A stretch of DNA of 64,000 bases from a virus: positions 15,115 through 79,114 of the IMG/VR virus record IMGVR_UViG_3300025417_000566. One strand, written 5' to 3'. Positions 41,883 to 51,795 of this stretch are shown here, piece by piece (position 1 is the first letter of the stretch; every line of letters begins with the position of its first letter). The notes under the pieces were generated by a model. It was not told the origin of the DNA and did not search any database. It was given only the letters and a program-made list of their open reading frames with translations. The position numbers and the translations under genes are program-made.

Positions 41883-42140
41883 ATGGCAACTTTTGAAGCA
41901 GGAAATAAAGACGTAAGATTACAAGGTATGGTAAAAGACATCATGGCAAAGTATGTCGATAAAACACCTTTTACTGAAGAAATTTGTGATCAAATCATGG
42001 CAGATGTATTAGAAACATTTGGCAAAGAAGCCGATGCAAAGGTTATGATTGATACAGATACTAACGAAATTGAAATCACAGTACGTGATTTAATCAAAGT
42101 ACCAATGACATTTTCATCACTAAAACTTTTCAAGGCATAA
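41883..42140 (+). CDS. Small acidic hypothetical protein within the radical SAM array
   Basis: 85 aa with GAGG RBS. It fills the gap between two rSAM genes exactly. Confidence 0.65.
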   Translation: MATFEAGNKDVRLQGMVKDIMAKYVDKTPFTEEICDQIMADVLETFGKEADAKVMIDTDTNEIEITVRDLIKVPMTFSSLKLFKA

Positions 42141-42141
42141 G

Positions 42142-43413
42142 ATGGACAAGGCAGTAGTCAAAAATCTAGTAGAAAACGGTAAACACTTTTGTGTGTTACC
42201 TTGGGTACACTTTCATGCATGGCCTGATAGCCGTGTAATGCCTTGCTGTGTTGCAGATAGCAACATGCCTGTGGCAAAGATTGAAAGTGATCAGTCTATC
42301 ATTGAAATGATGAACAGCGAAGACTACAAAAAGATTCGCACAGCAATGATGAATGACGAGCCTGTTGAGGCTTGCAAACGTTGTTATGACTTAGAATTAA
42401 TGGGCACATGGACTATGCGCCAAAGTCATAACAAGCGCAGAGGTCTAGATTATGTTGACTACATCGGTGACGTTACAAATGATGATGGCTCATTAAAAGA
42501 GTTTGAAATGAAATACATGGATATTCGTTTCAGTAATCTATGTAATATGAAATGTCGTAGTTGTGGCCCTGCATGTTCAAGTCAATGGGCACAAGAGTTC
42601 ATGGATCAACGTGGCGAAGAAGTATTCAAAGAGTACTTCCCTAATCAAAAAATTGTTGTTAACAACAACGAAGACCAAACACTTATGCTTAAACTAAAGC
42701 CATATCTTGCTGATGTGACTGAAGTATATTTTGCTGGTGGCGAAATCATTATTACACCTGAGCATTACGAATGTTTAGACTATTGGATTGAAAATGGATT
42801 AACAGATCAAGTTGAATTAAACTATACAACAAACTTCTCTTCATTGAAGTACAAGAAAAATGTAGACTTGATTGAATACTGGAGTAAGTTCCCCAACTTA
42901 CAAGTATGGGCTTCATTAGATGCACATGGCGACCTTGCTGAATGTATTCGCAAGGGTACTGATTGGTCTAAGATTGAAGCAAACATTCGTGAGATTAAAG
43001 AAAAAGTCCCGCATGTTAAGTTTCAAATCACTCCTACAATTAGTATTTGGAATGTGTTTGACTTCCCAGACTTCTTTGACTACATGATTGAAAAAGGATT
43101 TATCGATACTAGCAGTAGTCCACGATTTAATCTTGCAACTAACCCATGGTATGCAAACATTATGATTCTACCTAAACACGTTAAGCGTAGACTAACAGAA
43201 TTGTATAGAGTATACCAAGAAAAGTATAAAGATAACATTGATATCTATAATGGATTCAAAATGATTATCTATAACTTAAACGTGGGTGATGAAAACAAAG
43301 GTGGTATCTTAGAGTTCAAGCAGTTTAATGATGAACTTGACGGATTCCGTGATGAAAAACTTGAAAACATAGTACCAGAATTAAAAGAGGTTTATGAGTG
43401 GGCCGCAAGTTAA
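42142..43413 (+). CDS. Radical SAM enzyme with N-terminal Twitch domain
   Basis: CNMKCRSC, FAGGE, and N-terminal FCVLPW...PCC...ACKRC. Confidence 0.9.
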   Translation: MDKAVVKNLVENGKHFCVLPWVHFHAWPDSRVMPCCVADSNMPVAKIESDQSIIEMMNSEDYKKIRTAMMNDEPVEACKRCYDLELMGTWTMRQSHNKRRGLDYVDYIGDVTNDDGSLKEFEMKYMDIRFSNLCNMKCRSCGPACSSQWAQEFMDQRGEEVFKEYFPNQKIVVNNNEDQTLMLKLKPYLADVTEVYFAGGEIIITPEHYECLDYWIENGLTDQVELNYTTNFSSLKYKKNVDLIEYWSKFPNLQVWASLDAHGDLAECIRKGTDWSKIEANIREIKEKVPHVKFQITPTISIWNVFDFPDFFDYMIEKGFIDTSSSPRFNLATNPWYANIMILPKHVKRRLTELYRVYQEKYKDNIDIYNGFKMIIYNLNVGDENKGGILEFKQFNDELDGFRDEKLENIVPELKEVYEWAAS

Positions 43414-44369
43414 TAGCAATCGAAGCACCGCAGCCTTATGTTGCAGTAACATGGCAAGTTAACAATTTTTGTAACTTTCGTTGTAGTTACTGCAACCCTG
43501 GCAACTGGGGTGGAGAAAACCCAAACAACGGTAACTTAGATATCTATCTTAAAAACTTGCACGTAATCGCACAGCGTTATAAACGTTCAGGGTATAAGAA
43601 TTTTAAGTTCTTTTTTAGCGGCGGTGAACCTACTGCATGGCGCAACTTTATTCCTATCTGTGAATGGATTCGTCAAGAACTACCTGACAGCACTATTGCA
43701 GTTAACACTAATTTAAGTCGCCCACTAGCATGGTGGGAAAAACATCATCATTTGTTTGATGACATCGTTGCTAGTTTCCACGTAGAGTTTAGCGATAAAA
43801 AACGCTATGAAGAAAACAGCATTTACCTATGTGAACGTGTGAATTATCTTTCTAGTAAGATGCTAATGCACGAAGAAAGATTTTGGGAAATCGTTGAGTT
43901 TGCAGAATATCTTAAATCTGTAATGCCAAATTACTTTATTGAATGGACTCCGTTGTATGACGAACTAAGTCATGTTACTGGTCCATGGAATTACAAAGAC
44001 CCTGCTAAAACAGAATTCTTTAAAACACATAACATTGAAATGCAACAAACCAAAGACAAACCTGCCAAAAGTACTGAGTTTGCAGTAAGTTACAATCGTT
44101 ATGACGATGATTCAACACAAGTATGTAATGCTAACGACATTATTGTAAATGGGCAAAACTTCTTTAGTGGTTGGCAGTGCAATGTGGGCGACTGTATTTT
44201 CATTAATCCGGTTGGTGATGTTAGTCTAGCAAGTTGTGGACAAACTGAAAAGATAGGTCACATACTAGAAGATATCACTAGAGTGGGTCCAAAGCAAATC
44301 ACATGTAACAAAGAGATGTGCATGTGTGGTACAGATATTATCATTCCTAAATTTATAGTCGATAAATAA
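43398..44369 (+). CDS. Radical SAM enzyme with C-terminal Cys-rich (Twitch-like) domain
   Basis: CNFRCSYC near the N-terminus, FSGGEP, and C-terminal CNVG...SCG...CNKEMCMC. GTG start with GAGG RBS. Confidence 0.88.
   Translation: MGRKLIAIEAPQPYVAVTWQVNNFCNFRCSYCNPGNWGGENPNNGNLDIYLKNLHVIAQRYKRSGYKNFKFFFSGGEPTAWRNFIPICEWIRQELPDSTIAVNTNLSRPLAWWEKHHHLFDDIVASFHVEFSDKKRYEENSIYLCERVNYLSSKMLMHEERFWEIVEFAEYLKSVMPNYFIEWTPLYDELSHVTGPWNYKDPAKTEFFKTHNIEMQQTKDKPAKSTEFAVSYNRYDDDSTQVCNANDIIVNGQNFFSGWQCNVGDCIFINPVGDVSLASCGQTEKIGHILEDITRVGPKQITCNKEMCMCGTDIIIPKFIVDK
44361..44368 (+). promoter_or_regulatory. T4-late-like promoter (GATAAATA)
   Basis: Overlaps the stop of the rSAM gene, 5 nt before the ATG at 44374. 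Confidence 0.4.
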
Positions 44370-44373
44370 AAAC

Positions 44374-45717
44374 ATGCAAAAAATAAAGATTTGTTATAGT
44401 TGGATCGGCCCTAGAGGCCCCATATGGAATACTGAAATTCCTAATGTATTAAGTTTCGCAAGCGTAGCCGAAGGTAGCACAACAACCTCACATAACTTTT
44501 GGGCTGATGATTTGTGGAACAGATTGTTTAGTAAACGCAAAGATATATTTGAAATGTATCCTGCAATTAGTGTAGACATTGATTCTGATGAACCTTTTAT
44601 TTTTCCTTACTCATTAACATGGCGTATTGGATTTGAAAATTATTTCTGTGGCAAAACGGGAATCTTAGAGTTCTCTCATATTCCATGGCATCTAATAAGA
44701 TTGATTAGGATGAATCGAGGTTACATATTAATTGATCATAGTGTGGAAGCGTTTATGAATTCTGGGCATTTGAATTCGTTACATGGATACTTTAGAGGTA
44801 TTCATGGATTGCCACTTAACAAAATCATATACCTAACTGGCTGCATGAATTCAAAAGAAATGTATGAAGACTATTGCAGACAGCACAATATCCCTGATAG
44901 ACCTGAAGAACGATTAACAATCATTTCATATCCATCATCACATAATATTTTTGCAGTACAACTTACACGTCCTGATTTAATTGAATTAAATGGCGTACCA
45001 GAATACGATACTGAAACTGTTCCACCAAAGGTATTTTTAATGTGGAATCGTAGATATAGAAGACATCGTATTGAACTTGCATTAGGTTTGGAAAAGAATA
45101 ATTTAGTAGATAGAAGTCATATCAGTTTCAGTAAATTTGATTTGGAACATCCAACAACTACACTTGAAGGATGGATAGACACATATCTTACTAATAACAA
45201 TTACTTAGAAATTACACCTGATGTAACTGACAGATTTAAAAATAAATTGCCATTAGTTTTAGATAACGAAACTGATGTTAATAAAATGTGTACGGATGAA
45301 GTCAATGCTACAGGTGATTACTATAAAACTAGTTTAGTAAGTATTGTAACAGAAACAAACTTTGATTTGCCAGAATTAACACTAACTGAAAAATCATTTA
45401 AACCTATGAAACACAAGCATCCTTTTATTGTTGTTGGTGTCCCTGGCGCATTGAAAGCAATGCGTGATATGGGCTTTAAAACATTCAGCGATTTTTGGGA
45501 CGAATCATATGATGAAATTGCTGATCCTAATATGCGCATGAGAAAACTTGTACAATTAACAGCAACGATTGGTAATTGGTCAAATGATCAGATACTTGAT
45601 TTTAAACGTAGAGTAAAACCTATATTAGATCACAACTATGAACAACTAAAAGTTCCAAGTTCTGACATGGTTGTTAGTAAACTTATTAATATTGTAGGAA
45701 CACCTAATCCAGTATGA
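44374..45717 (+). CDS. Putative glycosyltransferase, GT10/GT-B-like 'TET...TEK' family
   Basis: FLMWNRRYRRHR, SLVSIVTETNF...LTEKSFKPMKHKHPFIVVG...LKAMRDMGFKTF..FWDESYD. The TEK motif recalls the GT10 fucosyltransferase motif. Confidence 0.5.
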   Translation: MQKIKICYSWIGPRGPIWNTEIPNVLSFASVAEGSTTTSHNFWADDLWNRLFSKRKDIFEMYPAISVDIDSDEPFIFPYSLTWRIGFENYFCGKTGILEFSHIPWHLIRLIRMNRGYILIDHSVEAFMNSGHLNSLHGYFRGIHGLPLNKIIYLTGCMNSKEMYEDYCRQHNIPDRPEERLTIISYPSSHNIFAVQLTRPDLIELNGVPEYDTETVPPKVFLMWNRRYRRHRIELALGLEKNNLVDRSHISFSKFDLEHPTTTLEGWIDTYLTNNNYLEITPDVTDRFKNKLPLVLDNETDVNKMCTDEVNATGDYYKTSLVSIVTETNFDLPELTLTEKSFKPMKHKHPFIVVGVPGALKAMRDMGFKTFSDFWDESYDEIADPNMRMRKLVQLTATIGNWSNDQILDFKRRVKPILDHNYEQLKVPSSDMVVSKLINIVGTPNPV

Positions 45718-46697
45718 AAACATTAAACGTAAAGAAAATTTTAGTATGCGGAGCCGGTGGTTTCATTGGTACATACCTAGTTGAAAAATTAAAAGAACAA
45801 GGTCATTACGTAGTTGGAGCCGACCTTAAAAAGCCATTATATTCAGAAACAGTTGCAGATGAATTTCATACTGTAGATTTAAGAGTCTGGGATAACGTTA
45901 ATAAAATTATCACCGATGGCATTGATGAAGTATATCAACTAGCCGCGGATATGGGCGGAGCCGGATATATTTTTATTGGCGAAAATGATGCTGACATTAT
46001 GCACAACTCTGTTACAATCAATTTAAATGTATTAGATGTAATGAAAAATAAGGGCATTAAAAAAGTATTCTATAGTTCTAGTGCATGTGCATATCCTGCA
46101 TACAATCAGGTTGATCCCGACAATCCAACAACAAGTGAAGACAGCGCATACCCCGCTGAACCTGATAGTGAGTATGGTTGGGAAAAACTATTCAGCGAAC
46201 GCTTGTACATGACCTATGCTAGAAATCATGGCATTGAATGTCGTATCGCACGTTTTCACAATATCTTTGGGCCCAGAGGTAGTTGGAACAATGGTAAAGA
46301 AAAAGCACCTGCGGCATTATGTCGTAAAGTTGCAATGAGTGATGGCACCGTATCAGTATGGGGACCCGGTAATCAAACACGTAGTTTTTTGTATATTGAT
46401 GAATGCATCGAAGGTATTCAACGTATCATGGAAAGCAACTATAGCGAACCTCTTAACTTAGGTAGCACACGTATGATTAGTATCAACGACTTAGTATTGT
46501 TGATTGCTAAACTAAACAACAAATCAGTAACTATACATAATATCCCTGGTCCAATGGGCGTTATGGGTCGTAATAGTGACAACAGACTAATAAAAGAAAC
46601 TATTGGCTGGCAACCTAAAGAAGATTTAGAAACTGGCTTAATCAAAACTTATGAATGGATTAGTGAACAAATTAGGTTGAAAAAAGGTGACGTATGA
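45714..46697 (+). CDS. GDP-mannose 3',5'-epimerase-like NAD-dependent epimerase (extended SDR)
   Basis: GAGGFIG, QLAADMGGAGYI, YSSSACAYP, PAEPDSEYGWEK, RFHNIFGP and KEKAPAALCRK are all diagnostic of the GME subfamily. Confidence 0.88.
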   Translation: MKTLNVKKILVCGAGGFIGTYLVEKLKEQGHYVVGADLKKPLYSETVADEFHTVDLRVWDNVNKIITDGIDEVYQLAADMGGAGYIFIGENDADIMHNSVTINLNVLDVMKNKGIKKVFYSSSACAYPAYNQVDPDNPTTSEDSAYPAEPDSEYGWEKLFSERLYMTYARNHGIECRIARFHNIFGPRGSWNNGKEKAPAALCRKVAMSDGTVSVWGPGNQTRSFLYIDECIEGIQRIMESNYSEPLNLGSTRMISINDLVLLIAKLNNKSVTIHNIPGPMGVMGRNSDNRLIKETIGWQPKEDLETGLIKTYEWISEQIRLKKGDV

Positions 46698-47770
46698 TCA
46701 CTGCTTATTTTGTATACTGCAATAATCTTCCTATGCCGGGTCACAAATATGACTGGCAAAAAGAAATTGATGAAGTTAAACAATTAAATCCTGATTTATT
46801 GTTTGCAAATTGCATTTACGAATATCAACCTGAATTTATTTTTAATAATTTTATTAGTGGAATTTCAGATTGGTTAGTAGAAAATAATAAAAAATTAATT
46901 ATATTTTGTTCGGGGCCTGATGGTTTAGAACTAGCACCAAACGTTATTATTGAAAAAACATATGGATATTATGTTGTAAATTATGATAGATGCAGACAAG
47001 AACTTTTTAAAACTGTAAATTCAAACTTCACACGAATTGAACCTTATCAAGAAATCCAAGCAGAAAAATGGTTTACTTGCTATAATAACAATCCTAAATA
47101 TGAACGTGGGTTATTAGTAGATCAATTAGCAAAGCATAATTTATTTCAACATGGCATAGTTACATTTCAATTTCCTGAAAGAGTACAATCACCTAACAAC
47201 ATAGGTTTTACATGGAAATATCACGACGGATCTAAATTGATTGACGAAGACGATTTTGTACTTAGCAAGATTCCTGAATATAGTCCTAATAGTTTTGCTA
47301 GAAGTTATTTCAAAGGATTTATTGATATAGTAACTGAAAGTTCGTTTGGCACTAATAATTTTTTTGTAACAGAAAAAACATGTAAACCTATTGTTGGTTT
47401 AAAGCCATTTCTGATTTTGTCTTGTGAAAACTATCACAAAAATCTAGTTGAAGACTATGGACTAGTATTATATGACGAATTATTCGATTATAGTTTTGAT
47501 AGTATGCCAGACATTAATGATAGAATACAAGGAATCATTGACAATTTAAATAAAATTGTACAGTGGGACTTAAGTAAGATAAAAAAGATTCATAAAACTC
47601 TATTACCTAAAATGTTGTATAACAGACAAAAATTTTTAGATTATGGTAGTATTAAAGAAAAAATGGTGCCCAAATCATTACAGTTTTTAACAGAAACTAC
47701 TGATTATAAATTGTATGGTAATGGATACCAGCAAATGTTAAATATGATGGAGCCTTGGTTAGCAAAATGA
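46694..47770 (+). CDS. Putative glycosyltransferase, GT10-like 'TES...TEK' family
   Basis: FIDIVTESSF...FVTEKTCKPIVGLKPFLIL...YDELFDYSFD. Paralog of 44374-45717 and noticeably AT-rich. Confidence 0.5.
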   Translation: MITAYFVYCNNLPMPGHKYDWQKEIDEVKQLNPDLLFANCIYEYQPEFIFNNFISGISDWLVENNKKLIIFCSGPDGLELAPNVIIEKTYGYYVVNYDRCRQELFKTVNSNFTRIEPYQEIQAEKWFTCYNNNPKYERGLLVDQLAKHNLFQHGIVTFQFPERVQSPNNIGFTWKYHDGSKLIDEDDFVLSKIPEYSPNSFARSYFKGFIDIVTESSFGTNNFFVTEKTCKPIVGLKPFLILSCENYHKNLVEDYGLVLYDELFDYSFDSMPDINDRIQGIIDNLNKIVQWDLSKIKKIHKTLLPKMLYNRQKFLDYGSIKEKMVPKSLQFLTETTDYKLYGNGYQQMLNMMEPWLAK

Positions 47771-48666
47771 AAAAGAAATATATTATCGGATTGGGTTGTA
47801 GTTGGACACAGGGTGAAGGTGGATACCCGGACGAAATCGTTAAACAATATAACGGTAGAGTACAGATTAGTAATAGGGGTAAAAATGATTACCACTTACG
47901 CAAATATGAACTCGAAAATAGTTGGGTTAACCAATTAGCACGTGATCATTTCCCTGATTATACCCCATTGAATTTGGGAATTAAGGGTATTGGCAACAGA
48001 GCAGCCGTTCATCAACTACACTTTGTAGACAACATTGATTGGAGTAATAGCACAGGTATTATTGTGTTTATGATGTCCGGTGTTGAGCGTTTTGACTTCT
48101 TTAGAGAACATCCCAAAACCATTAGTGATCATCGAATTACTCAACCAGATGGATACAGTAATGGTGAGTTTGAACATAATAAATGGAGAACAATGTGGCC
48201 AGCACCAGATAATGGTGGTGAGGAGGGGCCGCTTTGGAACTGCTATGCAAAAATGTTATGGAGTGAACAGTTTGCTGCCTGTGAGCAAATGATGGCACTA
48301 TTAGATTTACAGGCATTTGCAAAAGCACATGGATTTAAAGTGGTAATTGCTAATGCATTTAATCATCATAATCCACAAGGTATTAAATACTATCTACAAG
48401 AGAACGCGGGTTCATTGGCAAATAAATTTGATTGGAATGGATACATACACGATGAAGTCCCCTATATTGCATTTATGCAAAAACTTGTTTGGTGTGATGG
48501 ATTAATGGATCCAATGCAATGGGGAGGATTTTATCAGTTTTATAAACAACGTGATTGGCCTGCTGAATACTTGACTAATTGCGACGGTTCACACCCAACA
48601 ACCAAGGGTTACAAAGTAATTGCAGATGAGTTAGCAGAATTTATAAAGTTGCGAGGATATGCCTAA
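47767..48666 (+). CDS. SGNH/GDSL-fold protein (esterase or O-acyltransferase-like)
   Basis: GLGCSWTQG (block I), NLGIKGIGN (block II) and DGSHPTTKGYKVIADEL (block V). The ATG at 47767 forms an ATGA overlap. Confidence 0.7.
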   Translation: MKKKYIIGLGCSWTQGEGGYPDEIVKQYNGRVQISNRGKNDYHLRKYELENSWVNQLARDHFPDYTPLNLGIKGIGNRAAVHQLHFVDNIDWSNSTGIIVFMMSGVERFDFFREHPKTISDHRITQPDGYSNGEFEHNKWRTMWPAPDNGGEEGPLWNCYAKMLWSEQFAACEQMMALLDLQAFAKAHGFKVVIANAFNHHNPQGIKYYLQENAGSLANKFDWNGYIHDEVPYIAFMQKLVWCDGLMDPMQWGGFYQFYKQRDWPAEYLTNCDGSHPTTKGYKVIADELAEFIKLRGYA

Positions 48667-50584
48667 AAAGAAAATAAGTTTCGTAAGTCCAAACTTTCAG
48701 CAAGGTCCGAAAGAGTATAATGCTTTCTACTTGCCTTATAGCCCTGCGGTATTATGGAGTTACGTAAACCAATTCCCTCATATCAGTGATCATTATGAAC
48801 TTGGGGAATTCATTTGGCGTAGAGATTATATTGAAGAAGCAGTAGAATTATTAAAAGATAGTGCTATTGTTGGCTTCAGCACTTATATTTGGAATCGTAG
48901 TTATAGTGCAGTTCTTGGTAGAGAACTAAAGAAGGCTAATCCAGATATCTTTATCATTGCAGGTGGACCTGAATATCCTATTGAAAAAGAAGGGTTCTTT
49001 GAAAAGTATCCTTTCATTGATGTATGTGTTAAACTTGAAGGCGAAATATCTTTTAGAAGAATATTAGAGAATTTGCATACAGGCGATACTTTTACTGATA
49101 TTCCAGGCTTGCTTATCAATGATAACGGCAAAACTATCGACACAGGTAGTAGCCCACGCATTGACGAATTAGACACAATTCCTAGTCCATATTTAACAGG
49201 TATCTTTGACAAACTAATGGCAAAGCATCCTGAGATTCGTTGGAATGCAACACTAGAAACAAATCGCGGATGCCCTTATGCATGTACATTCTGCGACTGG
49301 GGAAGTTTAACATACAACAAAGTTAAGAAGTTTAACTTAGAACGTGTATATGCTGAATTAGAATGGATTGGTCAAAAGGGATTAGACTTTGTTAGTTTTA
49401 CTGATGCCAACTTTGGTATCTTCCCTGAGCGTGATGGTCTTATTGCTGACAAACTAATTGAAGTACAACAGACTTATGGTAATCCCAAAGCATATACAAT
49501 TGCATGGGCAAAGAATCAAAAGCAAGAAGTTGTTGACATTGTGCGCAAGTTAATTTATGAAGGTGGTGCAAAGATTGGATTGAATCTAAGCGTACAATCA
49601 ATGGATGACAATGTATTGGACATCATTAAGCGTAAGAACTTAGAGATGAACAAGATTGAAGAAGTGTTTAAGATGTGTGAAGAACACAACATCCCATTAT
49701 ACACAGAATTGATTTTAGGATTGCCCGGTGAAACATTAGACAGTTGGAAGGAAAACTTTTATAAACTATATAAGAGTGGTAACCACACTGGTATCACAAT
49801 CTATCAAGCACAGTTACTTGAAAATGCTGAAATGAATTTAACACAGCGTAAACTCTACAAGTTAGAAGGTCGTGTTGTGTATGATTATCTTGTTGGTACA
49901 TATAACGAACATGAATTGCGTGAAGGTGTTGAAGTTGTTATTTCTACCCGTGACTTGCCAATTGAAAAGATGACGCAAGCACAAGTACACAGTTGGTTTC
50001 AGAACACATTTCACATTAATGGTATCACTAACTACATCAGCCGTGTGTTGTATAAACTTAAGGGAATAGAGTATCGTGAATTCTATGAAAAGTTGTATGC
50101 ACACATTGAAAAGGATCCTTGGCTAGCAAGTGAGATTCATCGTATTGCAGAACACTATCAAAACTGGGGTAAGTATGGTCGCATTGATCATACTCCGATT
50201 CAAGGTATGGAAATTCATGGATGGAATTTAGTGCATAGTACGACAATTAATATACATAGTGAAGATAAACACAAACATGTGTTTGATGTAATTGAAGATT
50301 TCTTGCATACTGAGTTTGATATTGAAGAAAGTTTATTACAAGAACTAATGATATTCCAAAGAAATTATTTGGTTGATCACAAAGACATTGCAAACTATCC
50401 TAAGGTACTATCCTTTAAGCATGATATCCCTAGTTACGTGCAAGATGCTAGTGAATTGGTTAGCCCTTGTGAATATGAATTTGATTTCCCTGAAGATAAA
50501 GATCAATCATTGCAAAGATTCTGTGAACAAATCTTTTTTGCAAGACGTAGAAATTTTGGTAAGTCATGGATCACGAAGAAATAA
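48659..50584 (+). CDS. Cobalamin-binding radical SAM enzyme (class B methylase-like)
   Basis: N-terminal B12-binding-type IVGFSTYIWN...IIAGGP...LEGE, then LETNRGCPYACTFCDW and ELILGLPGET. Confidence 0.88.
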   Translation: MPKKKISFVSPNFQQGPKEYNAFYLPYSPAVLWSYVNQFPHISDHYELGEFIWRRDYIEEAVELLKDSAIVGFSTYIWNRSYSAVLGRELKKANPDIFIIAGGPEYPIEKEGFFEKYPFIDVCVKLEGEISFRRILENLHTGDTFTDIPGLLINDNGKTIDTGSSPRIDELDTIPSPYLTGIFDKLMAKHPEIRWNATLETNRGCPYACTFCDWGSLTYNKVKKFNLERVYAELEWIGQKGLDFVSFTDANFGIFPERDGLIADKLIEVQQTYGNPKAYTIAWAKNQKQEVVDIVRKLIYEGGAKIGLNLSVQSMDDNVLDIIKRKNLEMNKIEEVFKMCEEHNIPLYTELILGLPGETLDSWKENFYKLYKSGNHTGITIYQAQLLENAEMNLTQRKLYKLEGRVVYDYLVGTYNEHELREGVEVVISTRDLPIEKMTQAQVHSWFQNTFHINGITNYISRVLYKLKGIEYREFYEKLYAHIEKDPWLASEIHRIAEHYQNWGKYGRIDHTPIQGMEIHGWNLVHSTTINIHSEDKHKHVFDVIEDFLHTEFDIEESLLQELMIFQRNYLVDHKDIANYPKVLSFKHDIPSYVQDASELVSPCEYEFDFPEDKDQSLQRFCEQIFFARRRNFGKSWITKK

Positions 50585-51795
50585 ACGCTGTACCTGCCAG
50601 ACAAGGCCCAATGACCGATTTAAGAAAGTGCGTTGAAGATTGGCCATGGTGTTTAGACCTCGCCGCATCTATTTTAGAAAAGGCTTTTAATAAGCCGGTT
50701 ACTACCTCTGAAATAATTTATATACACGAATCTACTAATATTTCAAACCCTAATGAAGTCAAAGAAAAAACAGAGAGTGCAATAAAATATATATTAGAAG
50801 AAATAGCAAATAAATCGGGCCAATACTATATTGTTCTAGCATTACCAAGTGAAGCGTTTGATTTCAACTTTTTAAAATTTACAGATGCATTTGTTAAAAA
50901 ACTAGTATTGGAATATAAAATAAATTATAACGATATTGTATATTTGACAGGAGCATCCGATACGGTAAATAACAGAAAACTGTATTATGATTACTGCATA
51001 AAAAACAATTATCTTCCAACACAAATAGTTTATCACAACTATTTTGAATATTTACAATGTAAATATGCTAATCGTGACGCACATATTGAAGAGATTGAAT
51101 TTAATTCAAATCCAAACTCAACAAAAAAGTTTTTGTTTTTAAATGGTGTAGCAAGACCGCATAGATTGTTTTTATTGGGTGAACTAATAAAACGAGATTT
51201 GTTGGAGTTATCATATTATTCTATGGTAGATACTCCTCAGTCGATATACCAATATCAATACGAACCTATTTCTAATTTTAGTAAAATGATCAAAGAATAT
51301 GTGTCCACAATTCAAGATAGATTGCCTATAAATTTATCATTAAAGCAAGATTTAAGTAACATGGGGAAAGTAACTAAAGAAGATGAAGTGTTTTATCAAA
51401 CATCATTGTTTAGTTTAATATCTGAAACATTATTTTTGAGTAATATGGATACCAGCACTTTAAACTATAGACTAGCAACTTGGTGTTATCCTTGCCATTT
51501 TGTAACTGAAAAAACATGGAAACCCATAAAAGCAAAACATCCTTTTATTGTGGCTAGCACACCTTATTTTTTAAGAGAATTGCGTGAATTGGGTTATAAA
51601 ACATTTAGTCCTTATATTGATGAATCATATGATTTAATAGAAAATGATGAACAAAGAATTTATGCTATCGTTGACGAAGTAGAACGTTTATGTAAAATGA
51701 ATGAAACAGAAACACAAGAGTGGTTAAATAATGTAGAACGTATATGTGATTATAACTATAGACTTTTGAAACGTAGAGGATTTCAAGCAAAATGA
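50566..51795 (+). CDS. Putative glycosyltransferase, GT10-like 'SET...TEK' family
   Basis: FLFLNGVARPHR, FSLISETLF, FVTEKTWKPIKAKHPFIV and LRELGYKTFSPYIDESYD. The true start may be the ATG at 50611. Confidence 0.5.
   Translation: MDHEEINAVPARQGPMTDLRKCVEDWPWCLDLAASILEKAFNKPVTTSEIIYIHESTNISNPNEVKEKTESAIKYILEEIANKSGQYYIVLALPSEAFDFNFLKFTDAFVKKLVLEYKINYNDIVYLTGASDTVNNRKLYYDYCIKNNYLPTQIVYHNYFEYLQCKYANRDAHIEEIEFNSNPNSTKKFLFLNGVARPHRLFLLGELIKRDLLELSYYSMVDTPQSIYQYQYEPISNFSKMIKEYVSTIQDRLPINLSLKQDLSNMGKVTKEDEVFYQTSLFSLISETLFLSNMDTSTLNYRLATWCYPCHFVTEKTWKPIKAKHPFIVASTPYFLRELRELGYKTFSPYIDESYDLIENDEQRIYAIVDEVERLCKMNETETQEWLNNVERICDYNYRLLKRRGFQAK

Noticed and set aside
37980-44369. RiPP biosynthetic cluster interpretation of the rSAM array
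   Set aside because: No convincing precursor peptide, PqqD/RRE domain, protease or exporter was seen, and the neighbours are sugar enzymes. Not excluded, but unsupported.
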